Part shown: piece after piece, positions 56,533-64,000 of the stretch
How positions within the stretch are numbered: position 1 is the stretch's first letter
Layout: each line of letters starts with the position of its first letter
Made by a program: the position numbers and the translations under genes
Source: an uncultured archaeon
Lineage (GTDB): Archaea; Thermoproteota; Bathyarchaeia; Bathyarchaeales; Bathycorpusculaceae
DNA: 64,000 nt
Direction: 5' to 3'
NCBI GenBank assembly: GCA_963810275.1
Contig: CAWENF010000021.1
Location: 160,001 to 224,000, forward strand
Notes under the pieces: model-generated
The model's database searches: none
Told to the model about the DNA's origin: nothing
What the model saw: only the letters and a program-made list of their open reading frames with translations

Positions 56533-57291
56533 CTAATTCTGTTTCTTGGTATTTTCTTCTTGTAGTTGCCATAATCTACCAAATTCACGTTCATTATCAA
56601 CGAATTCTTTCAAGTCATTAGCATATACACTTGAAGCCTTTTTGTAGAACCAATCATAGAAGTCTTTTATCAATCCCTGATATTCTATAAAGACGGCTGT
56701 AACCTCTATTTCTTTATGTGTATTAAGGTAATTCTTGGAATGTGCTGTCCAAGCATTATTTCCATGCCAAGATAAGAGAACTTTTTTGTCAAACAGAATG
56801 CTTGATTGAATTTCGTTTGGGTCACTTTTAAAATTTAATTGAGCAGAGATAAGCGGTAAACCTATATGTTGATTAAATCTTCGCAAGTCTTTAACAAAGT
56901 GGTAGCAATCATAAAGCTTTAGCTTAACAACCATTTCATCATAATCCTTCCTCAAGTTTTTATTCTGTAATTGGTCACAGAAATTGCTACTATGGCTAAT
57001 TAAGGAAAATGTACTTGATAGATAATTATGTATCAAGCGTGATAGCTCTCTCAAGAAAGCCTGAAATTTATCTCTCTTAGCAATATCCCACATGTTAATG
57101 GAGTCTTTTTCGTATAATGCAATTTGTTTTTCCAGTTCTTGATAGTTCTTAATGACAAAATACTGAGAGGTTGCAAGATTCTGAATGTCATTGAAGATTT
57201 TAGCACCTTTCAGCTTCTCCCGCTTGTCCATTAATGCTCTTATGCGTTTTCCTATAGGTTCATTCTTTACGGGATACTTTTCTTCAACCAA
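56533..57291 (-). CDS. Hypothetical cytoplasmic helical protein with HEPN-like RxxxxH motif
   Basis: RLIHNYLSSTFSLISH and KDLRRFNQHIGLP. Confidence 0.75.
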   Translation of the reverse strand: MVEEKYPVKNEPIGKRIRALMDKREKLKGAKIFNDIQNLATSQYFVIKNYQELEKQIALYEKDSINMWDIAKRDKFQAFLRELSRLIHNYLSSTFSLISHSSNFCDQLQNKNLRKDYDEMVVKLKLYDCYHFVKDLRRFNQHIGLPLISAQLNFKSDPNEIQSSILFDKKVLLSWHGNNAWTAHSKNYLNTHKEIEVTAVFIEYQGLIKDFYDWFYKKASSVYANDLKEFVDNEREFGRLWQLQEENTKKQN

Positions 57292-57345
57292 CTAAATCAA
57301 CTGTACTCTTTTCTAACGCTATTCTGTTGATAATACCTTTAACTT

Positions 57346-59004
57346 TTACCACCGAAATCGGTTGGAGAATATGGTGGGTACACCTTGCTGTGGGAAAAGG
57401 TCATTGCTTCGGGTTACGGTTTTTCGATGCCTTCGATAAAGTACTACGCAAACCAAACAAATGAAAACAACCGAGATTACAGCAATTATGGTCAAGAATA
57501 ATAATGATTCAGTTTCCTGTATAGTGAAGCTGATTGTTTTTGAAATGCCTTGATTGTCATATCCGTCCATAGCATAGACTGTAATATTATGTGTACCAAG
57601 CGGCAAATCCGTGAGCGTTAGATTACCCGAGATAGTCTCATTCTGCTTTCCATCCAAACTGTAGCCAATCCATGTAACCTGTTTGTTGAGTACAAAGTCT
57701 AAACTTACATTTCTGACTGAATAAGCAACGCTTTCTGGATTGATAATTTCTATAGTTGGCATTATAAGCCAATCAGGAAACACTTCCTCAACAGTGGACA
57801 GATTGAATGGATTTATGAGCGGGTATCGGTCAAGATGGGTAGGGTCTAAGTAGAATGGAGAATCACCCAAGCCATCGCTGTTGTTATCCTCTCCTTGGTA
57901 TGTATTCCAATAATTACCTTCTTTGCCATTATCCAAATAGTCAGTAACATTTGACATAGACAGTGTCCACATTTGATAATATCGATTGTCCACAAAGTTG
58001 TTATGAACTAAGAAGCTAAGATTACCGTAAGGGTTTATGATAGCGTTACGAGAGTTTATAGTCCATTCATTGTAGGCAATGTAGTTTGCATACATTATAC
58101 TATCGGCACTTGGGGAAATACCGATTCGGCAGTAAGTAATGTTATTTAACAAAGCTTTATTGCCATAGCCGATTATAATTAAACCTTAGCCGTAATGGTC
58201 AAGTACATTTCTGCATACTATGTTATCTTTGCCATTGACTCTAAATTCTCCACTTTCTGTAAAGATATTCTTGTAAAAAAAGCAATCATCAGTGGTAGAA
58301 GAAAAAGAGCCAGTGACGTTGTTAAAAGACATAACACCGAAAGTTCCAACAAAATTAACATCACCATTTATAATTCTATTTGAGGAAAAGTTACAGTGGT
58401 TTCCAGCTATTTCATAATCATACAACCGTTTAGCAGAAGGGTTTTCGGAAAATACATTATCTGTGATATCATTATTAGAGCCAAGCATAGTCAAAGGGGC
58501 TTTTATGGAGTTATTTCTAAGTTGACTGTTTGAACCGATTATTGACATAAAGGAAGTAAGGACGTTTCCTTTTATTTGATTATTATTTCCAGTTATGTTT
58601 ATGTCGCCACCATTGGTTACGATTGTGAATCCAGTAAGTACAAAGTTGTCTGAATGTACTTTCATTGCTGTATCATACCATACTGGAGCGGGGAAAAGGT
58701 CTGGAAGATACCAATACAAGGGTTCACCCACATGCTTTTCTGATTGTAGATTTAGCTTTGTTGAGCCAGCATTCTCGCCTATTAGAGCAACGGATTTGTC
58801 TATGGTGAGTTCGGTTTCAGTGTAAATTCCGCTTCTAACATAAATTGTATCTCCGTTTGTGGCGTTTTTTATTGCAGAGGAAATTGTAGGAAAATCATCA
58901 GGCACTGTTATTACCTTTTGTTGGGCTTTAACGGTTAAGGGTTGAATCGCTACTAAGGATGCGACAACCAGCAAAATAAGCAGTAAACATAGCCCTTTTC
59001 TCAT
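57346..59004 (-). CDS. NosD/pectin-lyase-like parallel beta-helix surface protein with Ig-like domain and RRHRKT tail (frameshift near 58190)
   Basis: ITVPDDFPTISSAI...GDTIYVRSGIY, DNGKEGNYW...DGLGDSP...DRYPL, GYSLDG, YRRHRKT; a 1-nt loss near 57417 reads through the expected TGA at 57401-57403. Confidence 0.8.
57371..57401 (-). repeat. Cassette junction J6 (stop-proximal block only)
   Basis: ATGGTGGGTACACCTTGCTGTGGGAAAAGGT. Confidence 0.7.
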
Positions 59005-59966
59005 TCTTGCCCTACTCCAGACTCAACAGTTTTACGCTGTCTTCTATAAATAGTGAACGATAGAACAACAATAATTACAGCCACTATAACGCCAATAGGC
59101 AACAGGTAAAATATCGAGTCTAAATGTGGTGCATTTCTATCTGAAGATGGGGAAGGAGTCGGATTTGATACCGCATAAATATCGACAGGTGATGTTAAGG
59201 GATATTGGTCAATGTTTTTTTCATCAATAACGTAGACACTTGAACCGTTATAGTCGCTCCAATAATTACCGACTGAGCCATTATCCCATGAATCTATTGA
59301 ATAATACACTCTGGCTGTGTTAGTATTACTTACAGTATCGCATACAAAGTTATTTTGATATATCGTATTGTTAGAAGAAGTTACAAAACTGATTAAGCTG
59401 GTATATTCGCTCTTGCTTCTAAAACTATTTTGGGAAATTACATTTTGAGAACTATTTATAAAAATCATTCCAGTCAAATTGTCTCTGATAATATTTTGGG
59501 CAAATAGGTTTGAGTTGCTACCAATTGAATAAATTCCGCCAACATCAATGCCGTTCATACCCTGAATACTCCAAAATCCTGTTAGTGTATTGTTGTAAAT
59601 CAGGCAGTTTGAGGAATTAGTCAAAGATAAGCCTATTAATGAAATTTTTTCATCCTTGTCAATAATAAAGCCCTTAATAATGACATTAGATAGCTGATTC
59701 AAAATAATAGCTGATATAGTCTGTTTGTTGCCGTCAAGCACAATATTGCTTGCTTTTACAGTTATAATTCCCTTAACGCCACTTGTTACAACATAATCTT
59801 TACCAGTTTGTTGAATTGGTGCTGATGAAGGTGTGATGCTTCCATTTGATTCAATGGTTATATTACCGTTGTCTTGAGCTTCAGTCGGCGATCGTTGAAG
59901 GTTTTGTATAGATAATAGAAATGCTATTATCATCAGTACAGCAAAGACTTTGCCATTTTTTTGCAT
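59001..59966 (-). CDS. NosD-like beta-helix surface protein with RRQRKT tail
   Basis: ITIESNGSI, SNIVLDG, WDNGSVGNYWSDY, DQYPL, DRNAPHL, TM plus YRRQRKT; stop overlaps next ATG. Confidence 0.85.
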   Translation of the reverse strand: MQKNGKVFAVLMIIAFLLSIQNLQRSPTEAQDNGNITIESNGSITPSSAPIQQTGKDYVVTSGVKGIITVKASNIVLDGNKQTISAIILNQLSNVIIKGFIIDKDEKISLIGLSLTNSSNCLIYNNTLTGFWSIQGMNGIDVGGIYSIGSNSNLFAQNIIRDNLTGMIFINSSQNVISQNSFRSKSEYTSLISFVTSSNNTIYQNNFVCDTVSNTNTARVYYSIDSWDNGSVGNYWSDYNGSSVYVIDEKNIDQYPLTSPVDIYAVSNPTPSPSSDRNAPHLDSIFYLLPIGVIVAVIIVVLSFTIYRRQRKTVESGVGQE

Positions 59967-60000
59967 AATCCATTTTTGGATAAATTTAGTTAAAAGCATT

Positions 60001-60047
60001 CTTGTTCAGACTTCTTGACTAAGCATAGTGAACTTTTCTTGACTTAG
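60001..60047 (-). repeat. Cassette junction J7 (paired palindromes)
   Basis: GTTCA-GACTTC-TTGACTAAG and GTGAA-CTTTTC-TTGACTTAG, 24 bp apart. Confidence 0.75.
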
Positions 60048-60127
60048 ATGGCGGACCAGATTTCATACATAATAGAATTTGATAATTCGTTGAGTCAATT
60101 GCGTGTTTTTGTTTTTATGTTTTTTGT

Positions 60128-60314
60128 TTATCTTTTTGGTATAAGTATGCTTGTAAGCGAACCAGCTATTGCGATTAATGAGAAGTAAAAAAACTCTTTT
60201 GATACCTCTGTTGCTTGAGATAAAGATATGTAACCTCCAATTATAGCAAATGCAAACAGAGATATTGAAAGTAAAGACAACAGACGATATTGTTTTGTTA
60301 TAGGATATTTCCAA
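60128..60314 (-). CDS. Small two-TM protein, paralog of 53340-53516 (one frameshift)
   Basis: SLLSISLFAFAIIGGYISLSQATEVSKEFFYFSLIAIAGSLTSILIPKR*. Confidence 0.55.
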
Positions 60315-60367
60315 TATTGTTTATACCTACTTTATCTGACTTGTTAATGTTACAAAATACAAAAACT

Positions 60368-60444
60368 ATACGGGTTTCTTGACTAACCACGTCACCGTTT
60401 CTTGACCAATAGAGGGCAGGGGTACACCCATGCATGGGAAAATT
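60368..60444 (-). repeat. Cassette junction J8
   Basis: ATACG-GGTTTC-TTGACTAA, GTCAC-CGTTTC-TTGACCAA (23 bp later), GGGGTACACCCATGCATGGGAAAATT. Confidence 0.85.
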
Positions 60445-61399
60445 GCACGGCTTCAAGTTACTGGTTTTTTGATGTCTTCTAAAAAGTAGGACTGAAACTA
60501 TGATTATAGCAAGTATTATGCTGATGGGCACCAGGTAATCAATCAACTCTCAATGGGGTGGATTTTATCTTCGGGTGGTGGAGTTGGAATTAAGGAAGGT
60601 GTTGGAGTAGCTATTGAAGTTATATTAACAGGATTTTTCAGTGGATAGTGGTCAACATTGTTGCTATTAATAAAATATGAACCAATACCTGAGTAATCAC
60701 TCCAATAATTTCCCAGTGAGCCGTTATCCCAAAAGTTCTTTTCGAGGAAACAATAAAATTATTTTGACCAAGTAAGTTATTGTTAAAAAGTGTGTTGTTA
60801 TGACAGCCCCTTGTTACCAGAACTTCAGTTATGTTATTTTCGGTAAAATGGCTGCTATTGCTGAGGTTTAAAGTCTCAATAGTGCTGTGTGCGACTCGAT
60901 TTTTTACCCCTAAACCAAGTGTATAGCCAATATAGCAGTTAGAGACTGTAACGAAATGACTATCTGACAAATCTATATTCCATGTTGTGTTAGCATTGAA
61001 AATAAGGCAATTAGAACAATTTTCCAATAAAATTCCAGCACGACCCAAAAAACCAATTATTGAAATGTCTTTTAGATGACGTTCTTACATTTTCCAGCTT
61101 AAACCTGAATTACTTGCTCGGTCATACACTGAAGACCCGTTAATAGTGTATCCTGCGCCATCAAAGACGATATTGCTGCATTGAATGATAAGTGCATATT
61201 TGCCCGAGATGTCTTTTGTTAGAGTGTATGTGTTTCCTTGTTGTTGGATAAATTCTGTTTGTGGTTCTATGCTTCCATCGCTTTTTATGGTGATATAGGG
61301 TAAATAGACGCTGGGATATGCTCGTGGAATTAATGATTACCCCAGATGTGATGGGATAAAAAGACCTAAAACCAAAATCATGACTATTAATTTTTTCAT
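60445..61399 (-). pseudogene. NosD-like beta-helix surface protein with RRHQKT tail (multiple frameshifts)
   Basis: ITIKSDGSIEP, YTLTKDI, SNIVFDGAGYT, WDNGSLGN, DHYPL, TM plus LFRRHQKTSNLKP in several frames. Confidence 0.75.
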
Positions 61400-61455
61400 T
61401 TTATTCCTCGGTCTTTTTCAAGGTTGAATTCCTACAGGATTTAGTAATAAGTTTT

Positions 61456-61478
61456 TCAGTCAACGTTTCTTGACCGGT
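61456..61478 (-). repeat. Cassette junction J9 (single palindrome)
   Basis: TCAGTCAA-CGTTTC-TTGACCGG. Confidence 0.7.
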
Positions 61479-61490
61479 TTCCGATTCCTC

Positions 61491-62442
61491 CTATAAAGTA
61501 ATGCGAGAAATACATAACGCTACACCAACAAAATTATAACTAAGACTTTGACAAGGATAAGCATTGGAAAAGTTTCTGCCTATGGTGAAAACTAATGTTT
61601 CTGAGGCTCCAACGTTCCCAGAAACATCCCATGCATAAATAATCAACTTATGTTCGCCAACAGACAAATCAGTCAAAAGTCATGTTTCCAATCACGCTAT
61701 TATTACCCCAGTATCCAAATTATAAGCAAGCTTTGAGACTGGCTCATTGATTGTAAAAGTTTAAAGGTATAGCATTCTGGAGAATAAGTTGTATTCTCTA
61801 TCCTGATAATACAGTGATGTTTGGGGCAGTTCGGTCTATTGCAAAACTGACTGATGTAGAACCTTCTATTTGAAAGGAATTATAAACTATTTTTTTCAGA
61901 CCCGATACCTTCGCTCAGTGGAACAGGAGCATGGAAAAATTGTCCTTCCTTTTAATGGCATAAACCGTTAAGGTTTATGTTTTCCTCTCTGGTTATTTAT
62001 CGTACCATTAATTCCAGTAAGGTTAAAGCTGCTGTGGAATAATCAAAGGGGTTTAGTTCATACATTCATATACCGGTAAACATAGGTGTTTTTTTGTTGC
62101 CAATCAACCTTATAATAGATTGTATCTTGATCTATCTTGAAGTGTTTAGAATAGAGTTTCCACTCGTAGCTGTAATTGTTAAATTAAAGTTATTCACGTT
62201 TAACGATGAAGTTATTTTCTAAAGGGGTAAGATATAGTTATTGTAGGCGGTTTAGCACCTACTTGGCTGGGTGGTATGCTTCCCCCATTTTCAAGGTATG
62301 TAGAAACGCCAATGCCTGAAATTTCTGCCGAGGAAGCTGATGTATATGATGAATTAGCTTCCCCCAAATTTAGGCTCCCACAGGTCAATAAAATCAGAAA
62401 TAAACATGTTGATGCGATGGTGGGAATCACACGTTTGTTCAT
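61491..62442 (-). pseudogene. Ig-like membrane-anchored surface protein (multiple frameshifts)
   Basis: Signal peptide, KPPTITIS, SVSFAIDRTAPNITV, DLSVGEHKLIIYAWDVSGNVGASET fragments. Confidence 0.7.
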
Positions 62443-62489
62443 TAAAGTTCACTGTTAACAGTAACTTGTCCTTTACATTGAAAAGTGTT

Positions 62490-62535
62490 CTTGTATAGGT
62501 TTCTTTACTAAGACCAGTCAAGAGTCCTTGACTTG
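62490..62535 (-). repeat. Cassette junction J10 (paired palindromes)
   Basis: GTATA-GGTTTC-TTTACTAAG and AGTCAA-GAGTCC-TTGACT, 24 bp apart. Confidence 0.8.
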
Positions 62536-63216
62536 TGTTTTTATTTGTATAGAAACTTGAATTAATCCCTAATTATTAAACAACAAGAATGGATAAAAAA
62601 ATTCTTTTATTAATACCACTTTAATTAGAAAAGAATAAGTGACACCCATGGCAAATAGTCGAACCAGAAAAAAGAGCGTTTATACTCTCAATTCCAATTG
62701 GTTTGATACTAACAATTTTAACAGGCTTTTTTATACTGCTATCTCAGGAAAATTATTTTTCAGCTAATAAAGATGAACAAATTTTTCAGTTAACGATGAG
62801 ATGAGTCCTGTCGGTGGGTTGATAGTATTATTTGGAGATTTAACCTAAACAAATAGAGAAAAGATAAGGGTGTTGAAATGTGACTGGATATAATGTTGGA
62901 TGTAAAAGTCTTTTCTACAATGGTACTGAGGTCCAAGTTGGAAATTATTTTAGTGGGCTATTTTTTGAAAATGGCACTATTAATAGAACCGCTTAAAGCT
63001 GGGGCGAAGTTAGAGAGGTCATAGGAGCTATTATGGTTACTGTAGGTGATGATGCGTTGGGAGTGATGATGTCAAAAAAGGCAGATATTGTTTCCTTTGT
63101 AATTTTGGATAACGTTGTTTTAGACCAACAAGAAAATGTAAGGAATTAAGTTGTATTATGTAGAAGTTTTGGCGCTTCTTTTTCAGAGATATTTTTTGAT
63201 GTATAGTTAAAAGTGT

Positions 63217-63299
63217 CTCGTCCAGATTCTTTGACTAAGTCGTGTAAACTTTATTCATTAAACAAACTATGGGGGTATACACCTTATCCTGGAAAAGGT
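63217..63299 (-). repeat. Cassette junction J11
   Basis: GTCCA-GATTCT-TTGACTAAG...GGGGGTATACACCTTATCCTGGAAAAGGT. Confidence 0.8.
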
Positions 63300-63459
63300 G
63301 GTTATAGAATTTTCCTTTTCCCACCCTTTTCATATTCACAGAAGATTTGAATTCTTCTGGACTTGTGATTATCCCTCTATCCATCAAATTTTGGTAATCT
63401 TCAAGGTCATAAATAAAACCACATTTTTTACATCTTAAAAGAATTTTAATTAAAACCAA
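63235..63459 (-). CDS. Small CxxC protein whose 3' end runs through junction J11
   Basis: LRCKKCGFIYD; GGTG upstream. Confidence 0.45.
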   Translation of the reverse strand: MVLIKILLRCKKCGFIYDLEDYQNLMDRGIITSPEEFKSSVNMKRVGKGKFYNHLFQDKVYTPIVCLMNKVYTT

Positions 63460-63486
63460 TGAAACACCTAAAAAAGAAAGAGATTA

Positions 63487-64000
63487 CTAATTGGAGAATG
63501 GGTTAACTGAGAAGCTAACTCCATCTCCATCGCTTGAAAATTCCGACTGTTTAGTTTCCTTGTGTGTTATCGGATAGTACTTCAGTGCTACACCATCCTT
63601 CTCCTCTTTAAGCAGTCCAGCCATACAGAAGTTCTTCAGCATTTCACGAAGCCGTTTATCTGAGCAATGGCGTTTTTAGTATCGTAGTCATGTTGTGGAT
63701 TTCAGCGATCCGTAAACCAGTCATTTCGTTGCATGCTGGCTCAACCATTTGCCAAACTTCATATTCTTCAGGAGTTAAGCCTAGTTCATTGCATTTGAGG
63801 ATGGGTTCGTCGATGGTCTTAGCTATTTCTATGTCTTGAGTTAGCGTATATGCATAGATCTCTCAAGTGTTGTACTATGTTTTAGAAGTTAATGATGCCC
63901 ATGCTTCAGCAATAGATAGTAGACGTGGAAAGTCTCTTTGTGCCCTTGGACCAAGATTAGAGGTATTCTCAAAGAACCAATGCTGAAGATTTTTCATGTC
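63487..64000 (-). pseudogene. C-terminal part of an MCM/primase-helicase-like replication protein with winged helix (frameshifted, truncated by window edge)
   Basis: PRAQRDFPRLLSIAEAWA (sensor-2-like), TQDIEIAK, GLRIAEIHN / SDKRLREMLKNFCMAGLLKEEKDG. Confidence 0.5.

Larger units (their letters stand above)
52700..64000. mobile_element. Putative integrated element carrying a repeat-delimited gene-cassette array (extends beyond the right edge)
   Basis: AT-rich; small repressor-like gene with palindromic operator at left, replication-helicase-like remnant at right, recurring junction repeats; no integrase in window. Confidence 0.5.

Noticed and set aside
53625-60485. Diversity-generating retroelement
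   Set aside because: No reverse transcriptase in the window, and the differences between shared 3' modules do not look adenine-specific.
53017-63299. CRISPR array
   Set aside because: Repeats are degenerate and separated by gene-sized units of very different lengths; no cas genes.
53017-63299. Canonical integron attC sites
   Set aside because: Junctions lack the RYYYAAC...GTTRRRY order and long attC hairpin; no IntI in the window.

Overview
Archaeal chromosomal window, most consistent with class Bathyarchaeia. The assignment rests on an archaeal 16S gene, Sm-L37e linkage, an A-type ATP synthase, expanded PQQ-like beta-propeller surface proteins and 'RRHRKT'-tailed membrane-anchored proteins. 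The left half (1-35 kb) is core genome: a polyphosphate/phosphate cluster (ppx, ppk2, phoU, pstBACS, AbrB-PhoU regulator, HAD hydrolase), rpl37e/Sm/PUA genes, a stand-alone 16S rRNA gene with a canonical bulge-helix-bulge processing stem, a P3A proton ATPase, an A1Ao ATP synthase cluster with subunit I inverted, a truncated PolB2 and two hydrolases. The right half is AT-richer and accessory: a GT4 pair, three tandem PQQ-like beta-propeller genes with winged-helix regulators, and an ~11 kb region (52.7-64 kb) that looks like an integrated element. The most striking signal is in that last region. About ten unrelated one- or two-gene units are separated by a recurring, same-orientation composite repeat: a (TTA)GTCAA-N6-TTGAC(TAA) palindrome, often paired 23-24 bp apart, plus a GGGGTA-N~11-TGGGAAAAGGT block abutting the stop codon. 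This resembles an integron/dif-module-like cassette array of surface proteins, but no recombinase is visible in the window. Many genes carry single-base frameshifts, including ATP synthase subunit F, so part of the apparent decay is probably consensus error.
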